Under the pieces are notes generated by a model. The model had not been told where the DNA came from. It was given only the letters and a program-made list of their open reading frames with translations, and made no database searches. A stretch of 64,000 nucleotides of DNA, taken from NCBI GenBank assembly GCA_020348925.1, contig CP070758.1, positions 1,258,469 to 1,322,468 on the forward strand, read 5' to 3'. The stretch comes from Gemmatimonadota bacterium (lineage in GTDB: Bacteria > JBHIER01 > G020348925). Made by a program: the position numbers and the translations under genes. Positions 47,417 to 57,932 of the stretch are shown piece by piece. Every line of letters begins with the position of its first letter. Position 1 is the stretch's first letter.

Positions 47417-47700
47417 TTGACATAGAATAAAATACGTGTACTTTTAATACAAGATAGAATTGTGCAGGAGAGCTGTAATTGGTTTAGGTCGATCCATCAT
47501 TGTCATACTTCTCATCCTGAAATTACTGACATCTACAGTTTGCCTGTCGGAACCGACACCCAAGAAACGCCTTTATAGTAATTTGCAGGTCAAGACTATT
47601 CTTAGAATTAGAAATAGTCACGGGTGCGACATGTCAATCAAAAATCACGATGCCCTCTTGGTGCTCATTGAATAAATGAGCAAGGGGGCATTTTTTATTT
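47417..47700 (+). promoter_or_regulatory. Promoter, structured 5'-leader motif (copy A) and leader intrinsic terminator
   Basis: TTGACA-N16-TACTTT (47417-47444). Motif at 47463-47589. Hairpin TGCCCTCTTG/CAAGGGGGCA plus T6 at 47651-47696, upstream of the 47780 start. Confidence 0.65.
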
Positions 47701-47779
47701 GAAAGTGGAGTAATGTAAAGACTACTGTTCCACTGTTTATCAATTCACTGTTTTCTCAGGCAGTACTAAGGCGAGAATC

Positions 47780-49186
47780 ATGTTACACTCTGTTCAAGAT
47801 TTGTTGTCACGCATAGAACTGCGTAAGGTGGCCTTCGTTATGGGAGCCTTTATTGTTTTATTCTTTACCCAAACAGCTTCCTATGCTCAGGATTACGTCG
47901 GTAGTTTTGAATTCGATGGATATACCAGAGAATACGAAGTCTATCTACCGCAAAATATCCAAGCCAATATGCCGTTAGTGCTAAGTTTACATGGAATTTG
48001 GAATACCATTGGCTGGTATAAAACCTATACCTTGATGCACGAAGTTGCAGATACGATGGGATTTGTTATCGTTTATCCAGAGGGAATACCAACTCCTACC
48101 ACTGGCTGCTCCTGGAATAGCGGGCTTGTTGATCCAAGCAAATGGTTTCCTGATACCGATGACGTTAGTTTTTTATCCGCTCTGATAGACACCATGAAAA
48201 GCAAATGGGACATAGATTTGTCCCGTGTATATTGCTGCGGATTTTCTCTTGGTGGTCAAATGAGTTTTCGGATGGCCGGTGAATGCGGATACCGCTTTGC
48301 TGCCGTAGCTGCAGTTTGCAGTCCATTATTTGGCTTGGCGGATACATGGCATCTCGTTCGACCCATGCCGGTACTACATATGGCGGGTACAGCAGACCCG
48401 ATGCTTCCCTGGGAAGGTTTTGGCGACAAGTGGTCTATGGAAGAATTGATAGAATATTGGGTTGAGAAGAACCAATGTACACTACCAGCTGATACAGTTT
48501 CTTTGCCCGATATTGTTCCGAGTGATAATTGTACTGTTGAAAAGATCAGCTATCGCAATTGTTCGGGTGAGAGTGAAGTAATTCATTACAAGATAATTGG
48601 TGGAGGACATAACTGGCCGAGCTCAGCATTTCCCAATCCTTTTGGAGGCAATAGAAATATGGATATTAATGCCAATTTGGAAATCCTGAATTTTTTTAAG
48701 AACTATAGTATACAGATATTTAATGTATTGAATATGGAGATTCTTACACCCTCAACTGGTGATCAAGTCTCCGGTCAGACTACCATCTCATGGTCGTTTG
48801 AGGACCAGCCGGAATCTCATGCCATTACAATATCCTGGAGTAATAATGCCGGCCGAACATGGCAGAAACTCTGGACCGTCCAGAGTGGCGATAACACGTA
48901 TTTGTGGGACACACAACTGGTACCAGACGGGACGAAATACATGCTTCGCCTTGTGGCAGTTGGAGACTCGACTTATGCCTGGACACAATCTGCCGGCACT
49001 TTCACTGTCAACAACCCGGGACCTGCACTTCCTGAGATCGAACTCATTGATCCACAGAATGGTGAGGTGATTAGCGGAGAGTTTGATATCACCTGGAGCG
49101 CTGCGGATGCCGATGGCGATCTGCTGCTTATTTCTTTGAATGCAAGCAGTGACGATGGTTCTTCGTGGATATCAGTGTTGAGTGAT
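47780..49186 (+). CDS. Secreted PHB-depolymerase/LpqC-like esterase with C-terminal Ig-like domains, truncated by a gap
   Basis: PLVLSLHG, VYPEG, DDVSFL, GFSLGG nucleophile elbow, GTADP and GGGHNWP, then PxxGxxxSG..ISW Ig-like repeats. Confidence 0.85.
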
Positions 49187-49286
49187 NNNNNNNNNNNNNN
49201 NNNNNNNNNNNNNNNNNNNNNNNNNNNNNNNNNNNNNNNNNNNNNNNNNNNNNNNNNNNNNNNNNNNNNNNNNNNNNNNNNNNNNN

Positions 49287-49598
49287 AAAGCCAGCTTCGT
49301 TTAATATTTCCCAGATTGTGGGCATTGAACAGTACTCTGCACTGACAATCTGCGCCGATTGGTGAGGGCGGTTCCAATGATAAGATCCCCAGATACCGTG
49401 ATATCCGGGGTTAGCACCGGTATAGATCGAGGGCCAGGACACCAAGGTATCGGGGGGAATCGTCGAATTCAGGCATCCGAAGTTGCCGGCCTGAGCTAAA
49501 GCCTGCAGGTGGGGTAAGAGCCCTCGATGCATCCAGCGGATCATCAAGTGATAGTCGGCACCGTATAAACCGATTACGTATACACGACTGTGTTTCAT
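49287..49598 (-). CDS. Alkaline-phosphatase-superfamily (type I phosphodiesterase-like) protein, N-terminal part, truncated by a gap
   Basis: VYVIGLYGA, LPHL, L.STIPP.T..SW.SIYTGANPGYHGI and PTIWEIL. Confidence 0.7.
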
Positions 49599-49804
49599 GA
49601 GGCTGGTTCTCCGAGTTTTGATTTCTCCTTCTGGAAGCGACGAGAATTAACCGAAGATACCGTCTTCAAAGCAGTACCTCAGGGCGTTTAAGCAGAGCTT
49701 CCCCGGTTTTCATCCAGACCATGTGTTCCTCTTTAATGAATGAGAAATAAAAAGGTACCCTCAGCATCTTAGCATATCCGCAACCGCTTATTCAGACGAA
49801 CCTC

Positions 49805-51286
49805 CTATAAATGGTGGGGTGGATCTGTTGATAATTTGTGTCTTAGATTTCTTAAAAAACTGTAATTGAAAACCTTCTTAAACCGTGCGTTTATTTTCGG
49901 ATCGATAAACATGAACTCGCGAATTGCCCTGGCTGCTATCATGTAGAAGGGGAGTCGACCTCTGTAAACGTGGTAATAAAATAAAATAAATTCGCGTTGA
50001 ATTTGTTTTTTAGAGAAACCCGGAAGATCAGGTCTTGAGATTTTTCTTTCTGCAGTAGGATTTACAAGATCCTCTGAAAGGAGATTCATATTCCTGGCCA
50101 TGTTATACAGCTTGGTCCCCGGGTATGGGTAGAAGATAAAGGGAGTAACATGTTGGGGATTACAGTCGCGAACACAGGCGATGGTCTCCTGGAAATCGGA
50201 GAGTGTTTCGCCCGGGATACCTATTAGAACGTTCAGTTTGACATGCATCCCAACAGTCCTCGCTAAGTTACAGAAATCAATGATGTCCCTATTCGTATAT
50301 CGTGGTCTTTTCAAGATTTCGTTGCGTACTTTTTCTGAACCGGATTCCAAGCCGATAGAAATGTTGTCAATGCCCGCTGATTTCAACCTGTAGAGAAACT
50401 CCTTGTCGGTTAATAGCCCCTTGCCGGGAGAGAGATTAATTTGAAAGCTTAAGGGGTATTTTAATCCGGCATTGAACTCCTTTAACCTGTCGCATAATGC
50501 GTAAGTATATTCAAGGTTGATGCTGAGCGTCTCTGCCTGTAAACGAACGTATCGCACGGTAGGGTAGTCTATAATAATACGATTTATTTCCTCGATAATA
50601 TTGTCGGGAGACCGGAAACGTACATATTTTCCTCCGCAAAGCTTTGCCAGTGCGTGATTGGAGCAATATGTGCACGTATTCGGGCATCCTCTTCCGATTA
50701 AAACTTGCGCGACCCGCGTCGTATGTGCGATCCATCTGTCCCACATTTTAATGTCCATAAAGGGAAGCCCGTCCAGATCTTGAATAAATGGATGTGAATC
50801 ATTCTGCTCTACAGTGCCATTCTCTTTGTCCCTTATCCAGAGATTATGAATTTGAGAGGGTGTTTTTCCATCTTGTATTTGCGAAGCGTATTCGACAACA
50901 GAGAATTCACCTTCCCCAATGCATAGAGCGTCAAAGCACGGTTCCTTAATAGTCGCCTCCGGGTTCAAGGATGCGTGGTGACCGCCTAAAAGGAGATATA
51001 TCGAGTCATCAATCGAACGCACAGTTCTTGCGATGTCACGGATTAAAGGATATTGTGAACTCACCGAAGTCAGGCAGAAAAGTCGAGGATGATGTTCTTC
51101 AATGTAACCTTTTATCGTCCTCCTGATATCAGTCTCAGGAGTAATGACCAATATTTGAACATCGTACCCGCTATTTTTTAACGAGGTCGCAATAAAGGAG
51201 ATCCCAAAAGGTATTTTCACGAGACTCACTAATGGTTTTTTACCCGCAATATAGTTGTCGGTGGTGTACACACAACATATATTCAT
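49805..51286 (-). CDS. B12-binding radical SAM protein
   Basis: PFGISFIA..LK, LGGHHAS, IGEGE, GRGCPNTCTYC, GLESGS, IGIPGET and PYPGT. Confidence 0.9.
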   Translation of the reverse strand: MNICCVYTTDNYIAGKKPLVSLVKIPFGISFIATSLKNSGYDVQILVITPETDIRRTIKGYIEEHHPRLFCLTSVSSQYPLIRDIARTVRSIDDSIYLLLGGHHASLNPEATIKEPCFDALCIGEGEFSVVEYASQIQDGKTPSQIHNLWIRDKENGTVEQNDSHPFIQDLDGLPFMDIKMWDRWIAHTTRVAQVLIGRGCPNTCTYCSNHALAKLCGGKYVRFRSPDNIIEEINRIIIDYPTVRYVRLQAETLSINLEYTYALCDRLKEFNAGLKYPLSFQINLSPGKGLLTDKEFLYRLKSAGIDNISIGLESGSEKVRNEILKRPRYTNRDIIDFCNLARTVGMHVKLNVLIGIPGETLSDFQETIACVRDCNPQHVTPFIFYPYPGTKLYNMARNMNLLSEDLVNPTAERKISRPDLPGFSKKQIQREFILFYYHVYRGRLPFYMIAARAIREFMFIDPKINARFKKVFNYSFLRNLRHKLSTDPPHHL

Positions 51287-51330
51287 ACTTAACTCCATTG
51301 ACAACATTGAAGAACTGTATATTTATCCAT

Positions 51331-52233
51331 TCACTGTCGGCTTAAAATTTTTAACAGGCCCGCAGAATACCAAACCTTTCCAATTGCGGAAGCAGTCAAT
51401 AGGATCGGAGTTTCCCAGAAATGCAACCGGAGTTCTTTGCGAAAACGGAAAACGTTTTTTATGTCTTGCAAAAGTCTGACAGATGGAAAAAAGCAGGCGG
51501 CCAGTAATGGGTATTTCAGCCACTTCGCACCACGTATCGAAGGATCGAGCTGTCTGATCGTTATACTTGTCTGAGCTGAATACTGTGCGAACCGCCTGAG
51601 ATATCCTTTAAAATCGGGTGATATGTGGAATACTCCTATGCGAGGCTCATAGAGAACTGACAAACCCTGTCTTTTCAACTCCTCGGCCAGTAGGGCCGAA
51701 CCAGCTGAATCGTTTACGATTTGATCGACCGGTAATTTTTGCAGGAGTCCACGAAGAACCTTCTTTTTTATGGCAAAATTGTCATCCTCGACATAGTGAA
51801 CCTTGTGTTTTGCGTGTGACAGGAATGCCGCTTCAAGCGTTAGGCCGGTCAATTTAGCCATAAATGAATTTCCCTTGAACAGTGGACCGGTTACAATGGA
51901 AATTTCTGGATCCGACTCAAAGGATGCCACAATTGTCCTGAGCCACTGCGGATCGGCAGCGACACAATGTGGATCGAAGAATATGATGATGTCCTCTCTC
52001 GCCGCTTCACAGGCTTTCAGAAGTAGATGAAACCATCCCAATGATTTCGGGCTGGTCACAACAGTAACGCGATCTGCAAACGCCTTTCGTACAATTTCAA
52101 CGGTGTCGTCCTGAGAAGCATCGTCAAGAACAGTAATTTCAAAACTTCGGTCGTAGTCCTGGTCGACCACTGACTGGATGCATTGCTTGACATGTTCGCG
52201 TTGATCTTTGGTCGTAATAAACACGCTAACCAT
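51331..52233 (-). CDS. Glycosyltransferase family 2
   Basis: VSVFI...CIQSV..Q, VLDDASQDDT and FFDPHC. Confidence 0.8.
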   Translation of the reverse strand: MVSVFITTKDQREHVKQCIQSVVDQDYDRSFEITVLDDASQDDTVEIVRKAFADRVTVVTSPKSLGWFHLLLKACEAAREDIIIFFDPHCVAADPQWLRTIVASFESDPEISIVTGPLFKGNSFMAKLTGLTLEAAFLSHAKHKVHYVEDDNFAIKKKVLRGLLQKLPVDQIVNDSAGSALLAEELKRQGLSVLYEPRIGVFHISPDFKGYLRRFAQYSAQTSITIRQLDPSIRGAKWLKYPLLAACFFPSVRLLQDIKNVFRFRKELRLHFWETPILLTASAIGKVWYSAGLLKILSRQ

Positions 52234-52250
52234 AGGCTGTGTTCCTCTTT

Positions 52251-53276
52251 TCAGAAGTTGTTATTTAATAAACGGCACATTTCTTGGCAACGTTTTATCT
52301 TCCCCCGGATTATCCGTGCTCTCCGAGATGTCCATATTCTTCTGAGGTCATCCCTCCGGATATTTCCTATCGGTTCAAAGCCGTAACATAAATGCACCAT
52401 TCCGTAAGGATCAATATACACATTTGAGCCACTTAAGCATAGCATTCTTTTCACGGATTCTGGATTGGAGTAGTATCGGATCATTGCCTTCAGCTGTTTT
52501 TTTGAATTAAGGATGGGGAAACCTCGTTGTTTTTTTTTCAGCAAAAGTTGGATCACACGTGAGATTTTCACCGTGTCTTTAATCCAGAAGCGATCCGTCT
52601 TGTACCAATTCTGAGGTACAGTATCCATGTGATCATCGACAAATGGATAGTGTACCCTCGCATCAGCCAACACCTGAAATGAAATGCCATGCAAGCGATG
52701 TTTCTTAGCAAGCTCGGCCAAAGGGAGAATCTCATCGACGTTTGTGTCCATGAGGATTGTCTGGAGATCCGTTTTTATGTTATACTTGTGCAAGGTAGGA
52801 AGTACATTCATGATGCGTGTGTAACTTTCGCGAACGCCTCGAGTGTTGTCGTGAGTGCGTTCATTGGTACCGTTGAGCGAAATGACGAGAGTGTCGAGAC
52901 GAACCTTCTCCAATCGTACTAAAATATCCTTCGTTAATAAAAATCCGTTTGTAAGGAGGGAAACATGAAATCCCTTGTGTTTTGCATATTCGATAGTGTC
53001 AAAAAGATCGCTTCGCAATAACGGTTCTCCACCGCTGATGGTAATTCTTTTGCTCACTATTTTGCCCTGTAATTTATCCAGTGTATGCTTCCATTCGTCA
53101 GTATCCAACTCTCTATCGGGATCGACGGATGTCTTCCACTTCGAACATGTCGGGCATAAAAAATTGCATCGATCCGTGATTTCTATGCTGACTCGCAATG
53201 GGTATGGAAGGACACCGATATAATATTCTGTATATTTTAATAGCTGGGCAAGTTTTTTTAAAATAAAGGTCTTCAT
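52251..53276 (-). CDS. Radical SAM/SPASM-twitch protein
   Basis: ITDRCNFLCPTC, SGGEPLLR, LTNG, HDNTRG and C-terminal C..IDPYG.V..C..C..C...N. Confidence 0.9.
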   Translation of the reverse strand: MKTFILKKLAQLLKYTEYYIGVLPYPLRVSIEITDRCNFLCPTCSKWKTSVDPDRELDTDEWKHTLDKLQGKIVSKRITISGGEPLLRSDLFDTIEYAKHKGFHVSLLTNGFLLTKDILVRLEKVRLDTLVISLNGTNERTHDNTRGVRESYTRIMNVLPTLHKYNIKTDLQTILMDTNVDEILPLAELAKKHRLHGISFQVLADARVHYPFVDDHMDTVPQNWYKTDRFWIKDTVKISRVIQLLLKKKQRGFPILNSKKQLKAMIRYYSNPESVKRMLCLSGSNVYIDPYGMVHLCYGFEPIGNIRRDDLRRIWTSRRARIIRGKIKRCQEMCRLLNNNF

Positions 53277-53688
53277 GTTTGCAAACGTTTAATCACCGGC
53301 CACAGACTTCGGATCTCGCGATCCCCATCTTACGGCTGGCTCAGGACGGATCGTATACATGCGACGGCACTGCCGACCGGGTTCTTCGTCGTAATAATAA
53401 TTCTGATGATCGGGATGTTTGAACCTCCCTAATGATCGATTGTGCGAGTTGAGACACCGGAACATAGAATTGCACATGAAGATAGTTCTTATATTTTCTT
53501 TTTCCCTGGAGTTTCATATATTACTAATATGATTACCCCGAACGTTTCCTGCCGTTCCCAGTCCATGACACAGGTACGGAGAGTCATTGGATCAAACAAA
53601 TGTTGCAACTGGTTAGGCACAAGAGTGCTTGACTGATAAAATTATGTGTTTTAAACTGTACATACAATTAAATATAGAGATGCCTGGC

Positions 53689-54615
53689 CTATTCTTTTTT
53701 TAAACCTCTGCCAGATCTCAATCCGCGGTATGCACCCAAACACCAAGTTATTTTAAGCATGTATACCAGAGGTGCTGTCCAGAACAGTTTGGCTATGTTG
53801 ACGTTACTCAAATAAATTTGAAAAGTTACTTTTAAAGCAATAAGAGGAGCTAGGAGCAGAAGGAGAGGGGCTGAACGAAGAATAAAAGGGGTTCGCAAAA
53901 GCGATCGGTACCGATTTCGAAGGGAGATTGTTACAGCTGCGTGTTTAAAAGTATGCCTGAAAATACTTGCAACTGTCGTTCGTTCGGGGTCATGAAGGAC
54001 AATTGCATTCGGACTAAAAAGTATTTTGAGACCGCTGTGGCGTGCTCGGAGAATGAGCTCAATGTCTTGAGCAATTCTCAGGCTATTCTGGAAGCCCCGC
54101 AACTCCTCAAGGACTCTTCGATGAAAACCCATGTTCGCACCGGCAATGAATGGTGTGGTGTTACTCTTTCGACCTGGCATGTAAGCGTGAAAAGAAGATA
54201 TATTGTGGCATAGCTTCATATAGTTGTTCACAGGGCTTGTTACGGCACCGGCCACAATTGGTGCTCTATCAAGGTCAGCACACAAGCGCTCCAGCCAATC
54301 TGTAGCCGGAATGCAATCGTCATCAGTGAAGATAATGTAATTCCCGGAAGCCGCCTTGATTCCTACATTACGAGCATGAGCCAGACCAAGATTGGATCCT
54401 GTTGATATGTATCTCAGATGGGGTAATTTTTTTCGCAACATCTCGCAAACCGTGGGGGTCTCATCCCGTGATCCATCGTCCACGACGATGATCTCAAACT
54501 GATCGGGTTTCAGGGTTTGATGTACGAGAGAGGATAAGGCGCGTCTCAGAAGATGCGATCGGTCATATGTACAGATGATGACAGTAACGATCATTTTATG
54601 ATTCGAAATATTCAT
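53689..54615 (-). CDS. Glycosyltransferase family 2
   Basis: VTVIICTYDR, VVDDGS, ARNVG, FTDDDC, GANM and QDIEL. Confidence 0.92.
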   Translation of the reverse strand: MNISNHKMIVTVIICTYDRSHLLRRALSSLVHQTLKPDQFEIIVVDDGSRDETPTVCEMLRKKLPHLRYISTGSNLGLAHARNVGIKAASGNYIIFTDDDCIPATDWLERLCADLDRAPIVAGAVTSPVNNYMKLCHNISSFHAYMPGRKSNTTPFIAGANMGFHRRVLEELRGFQNSLRIAQDIELILRARHSGLKILFSPNAIVLHDPERTTVASIFRHTFKHAAVTISLRNRYRSLLRTPFILRSAPLLLLLAPLIALKVTFQIYLSNVNIAKLFWTAPLVYMLKITWCLGAYRGLRSGRGLKKE

Positions 54616-54786
54616 ATCGTCCGGCCTTCAGCAATGAGTGCACGTTATTTCTTTCCGTTCTCGACAGATTCCTCAATAACCTCAAACGTGTTATTTCAAG
54701 AGGATCGTGCCCTCTCCACGGCGCCATCTCGAGAAAATTCTAAAAAAGTTCGGTGCCGTGTTGCTGATTTCACGGCATCATTCAAT

Positions 54787-56358
54787 TTACTTTCGATGTT
54801 TTCTTCCCTTTCTGTCAGACATCTTTTTCTTTTCCGGCTCGACGGTTGCAGCTAGAAAAAACTTGACGAGCATATAACCGGAAATGGACAGGCTGAGAAT
54901 GAGAATATAGAATGACATACTTACCCAGGATGGAGCCTCACTCCCCCATTGAAGTTTAAAATACGTTAATTTGCTTTCAGTCAAGTAACCATGATACATG
55001 AAATCTGTATTCCCTGAGCGAAGTAAATTTATATTCTGCGTAATTAAATTCCACTTGGGAAATACATTCATCATCCTGCGGGCAATCCCATCATCCTCAG
55101 GTGTATTGTAGTTCTTCTCTAAATAGTGTTGAGTATCCTGATAACTTCTACTCGCTCCTATGAATTGGAAAAACGCCGAAAGAACGAAAACAGCAACAAA
55201 AATCTTAAAAATCCGATTTCTATGTTTCATGATTCTCTCAACGAAGATTCCCATGATAATCACCATAAAGCTGGTCATCGGAACCATATATCGAATACCC
55301 CAAGAACCGCCGCCTGGAAAACTGCTCGGACCCCGATTTGAGTAGACGATTACATGTGGAATAAATATGATTCCAATTATGAGCAACTCGTATCTATACT
55401 TTTTCCAAAAATCTGTCAAAGCAAAAAAAATGAAGATTAATACAGGATTAATGAAAAACATGCTTCTGCATGGAATGATCCACATTCCGGCAAACCCCAA
55501 TAAAGTATCAGTCATACTTCTCACTCTGAATGGGCTCTCGTACCCTTTACTATCCAATTCTTGCCGCCCTTTTGTTGAATACCCTGACTCGAATATATTC
55601 CCAAATCTTGCATGATTATAATACGCATACACACCAAAGAAAAAAACGAGAGGTGTTAGAAAGAGCACACCCTCCCTTACGATAGCATCCAACTTCTTCC
55701 TGCCGTCCCGGTATTGAGTATAGAACACCACCACCACCCCAACGATCATGCCAAGTATAAAAAGGGGTGCATCTGGTCGGACGATGATGGACAATCCTGT
55801 AAAACATCCGCATAGAAAAAGCCAAGTGACTTTATTCTTATTCTTATATTTGAGCAGAAACAGAAAGGCGGTCAAATACACCAAAGTGGTTAAGGGCTCT
55901 GGCATGAGATACCGCGAATGTACCAGTGCCATTGTTCCGATTCCATAGATCAAAGAGAGAACAAGAGACACTTTTTTTGAGTATTTAAATTCTCTGCTAA
56001 CATAGAAAAGAATGAGACAGGCGAGAGCTGTCAAAATTTGATTTGTGAATAGAACGCCATTTGGAGACATTCCAAGCAATTTCGAAATGGCAGCAAAGAT
56101 GGTAACAGCCAAGATAAATGCCAATCCCTCATAGGTGTAATATTTGCCATCTTTCCCAATTCCTGTTTCGAGAGTAGCTTTCTCTAAAGAAAGGTTGCCT
56201 TCCTCGACGAAGCTTTTTGCTGTGAGAGCGGCAGTAACACCCATGGATGTTGCTGGATATCCTGCTGCCATAAGCATATAAAGGCTTGCTAGAAACACGA
56301 AAAGCATCACCTGAGTTTTCTGACCGGTTTTTTTGAGGTTTGTAACTTTTGATTCCAT
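54787..56358 (-). CDS. Polytopic membrane protein, GT-C fold (PMT/ArnT, GT39-like) glycosyltransferase candidate
   Basis: About 11-12 hydrophobic segments. HSRYLMPEP, VRPD, YNHARFG and WGIRYMVP resemble GT-C membrane transferases. Confidence 0.65.
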   Translation of the reverse strand: MESKVTNLKKTGQKTQVMLFVFLASLYMLMAAGYPATSMGVTAALTAKSFVEEGNLSLEKATLETGIGKDGKYYTYEGLAFILAVTIFAAISKLLGMSPNGVLFTNQILTALACLILFYVSREFKYSKKVSLVLSLIYGIGTMALVHSRYLMPEPLTTLVYLTAFLFLLKYKNKNKVTWLFLCGCFTGLSIIVRPDAPLFILGMIVGVVVVFYTQYRDGRKKLDAIVREGVLFLTPLVFFFGVYAYYNHARFGNIFESGYSTKGRQELDSKGYESPFRVRSMTDTLLGFAGMWIIPCRSMFFINPVLIFIFFALTDFWKKYRYELLIIGIIFIPHVIVYSNRGPSSFPGGGSWGIRYMVPMTSFMVIIMGIFVERIMKHRNRIFKIFVAVFVLSAFFQFIGASRSYQDTQHYLEKNYNTPEDDGIARRMMNVFPKWNLITQNINLLRSGNTDFMYHGYLTESKLTYFKLQWGSEAPSWVSMSFYILILSLSISGYMLVKFFLAATVEPEKKKMSDRKGRKHRK

Positions 56359-56523
56359 ATTATGTTTCCTCAAAATTGGAGCGCTCGCTCTTATTCCGAC
56401 AGACCCGATCGTTCGAATTTAGCCTGGCCTCTCTCGCTGCATTTGTCACAATGAAATTCCTTCTTACCTGAGGGTCCTCCGATACAACTGAAGTGTCAAG
56501 CCGGATTTGAAGTCTCATATATT

Positions 56524-57726
56524 TTATGTAATGTTTTTTGTAGTACCTATCAACCCTGATGTAATCTTTCCACCTTGCCGGTAATGAAATCTCAGGAAAT
56601 TCTGTAAAGTCTTAAACAAATATGTTGGACTGTGGAGTATATTCGAATACGCCTGGTTGGCCAATACACAGGCGCAATTTCTGTCTTTAATATATTTCCT
56701 TACCACGTTTGCCCGATCAGAATGCCAGACTTTTTGAAAGTCATAGTTCTGTTCCCTTAAAAATCCCAAGGGTTTCTTATATCCCAAAACACAACAAGGC
56801 CATACTTCGCCATCATAATTTATATGAGCATTGGAAATACCACCGTAGCATGGGATGACTTGTCTCTCTTCTCGCAAGATTTTAACCGCTAAATCGTAGT
56901 AAACCAATCTGAAGGATTCGGTAATTTTTGTGAAACGTTTTTTATTAATTACGGTTTCCCTTATCTTTCGCACGAATCCTCTGATTAATCTTTCGTAGGT
57001 ATCTGCATTTGGTGTAATAGGATCATTTAAATTAAAAAACTCTGTTCTCTGCTCAGCGATTTCGTGGCGATAGCTCTCAATACCCAATGAGTGAACGTAA
57101 TCCTCTATCTCTGAGAGATGATCGATATTAAAATTGGATATTATGGTACCCAGTTCAATGTGCAAGTTAGAATATTCCTTTCCAATATCTTTCAAGTACG
57201 AAAGAGTTTTTTCAAGTTGCTTGAAATTATCTCTAACTCCTCTGATTTCATCGTGAACATCACCCACTCCATCTACTGAGGGTTTGAGTGTAAAAGGAAT
57301 GCTTGAATCGTAGGACTCATTGATAATTTCAAGGCATTGAATTGTCAGATCGCGAATCCTTTCAGAGGAAATGGCATTGGTCGATACATGGATTATCCTG
57401 GGTTTCAGATAGCGGCATGCAAGTTCGATAATTTTTGGCAAGTCGTCACGCAAAAAAGGCTCCCCACCACTGATATTAAAAAAATAGACATGTCCCAGAG
57501 TGATGAAAATTTTCTCTAACTCTTCGACTTTAAGATCCTTTTCTTTACTCGTCGGATCTTGCTTATATTTTAATCCGATGTGACACGTCTTGCATTGAGA
57601 TTGGCAGGCAGCCGTGACCGAATAGGTTAATGTTATAGGGTTGCCAGGCTTTAACAATTTGAACCTGGAGGCTCTGTATTGGAGCGTCTTCGGGAACAAA
57701 TAGGTTAAGTAATCTTTAGCATTCAT
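56524..57726 (-). CDS. Radical SAM/SPASM-twitch protein
   Basis: VTAACQSQCKTC, SGGEPFLR, DGVG..HDEIRG, PCYGG..DGEVWPCC and CAC.LAN. Confidence 0.9.
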   Translation of the reverse strand: MNAKDYLTYLFPKTLQYRASRFKLLKPGNPITLTYSVTAACQSQCKTCHIGLKYKQDPTSKEKDLKVEELEKIFITLGHVYFFNISGGEPFLRDDLPKIIELACRYLKPRIIHVSTNAISSERIRDLTIQCLEIINESYDSSIPFTLKPSVDGVGDVHDEIRGVRDNFKQLEKTLSYLKDIGKEYSNLHIELGTIISNFNIDHLSEIEDYVHSLGIESYRHEIAEQRTEFFNLNDPITPNADTYERLIRGFVRKIRETVINKKRFTKITESFRLVYYDLAVKILREERQVIPCYGGISNAHINYDGEVWPCCVLGYKKPLGFLREQNYDFQKVWHSDRANVVRKYIKDRNCACVLANQAYSNILHSPTYLFKTLQNFLRFHYRQGGKITSGLIGTTKNIT

Positions 57727-57932
57727 CGTCTTCCAAATAACCAGGTGATCATCCTGGGTCTGAAGTTTCAGAGCACCAAGAATAAACAGAACTCGAGATA
57801 TGAAGCCAGAGAACATTCCTCGACCTCAAAAAATTAATTTCTCCTTTCTTCCATTTCAATAATGGGAGTTCTTTGTTTTTCGAAAGGTGGTTGCTTTTCT
57901 TCATTTTGGAATATTACGGGCATAGACCTTAT

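Noticed and set aside
47463-47589. Known riboswitch (c-di-GMP, cobalamin, TPP, SAM) or the 71-aa ORF 47460-47675
   Set aside because: I could not match the core consensus of these classes by eye. The ORF has no RBS and overlaps the structured leader and terminator. An Rfam search is still needed.
47780-49598. ORF ends at 49345 (+) and 49128 (-)
   Set aside because: Both are produced by translating across the N-gap at 49187-49286. The true ends are unknown.
53289-53477. RiPP precursor for the adjacent SPASM radical SAM
   Set aside because: No clear RBS or leader/core pattern and no RRE or peptidase nearby. The context is glycan biosynthesis.
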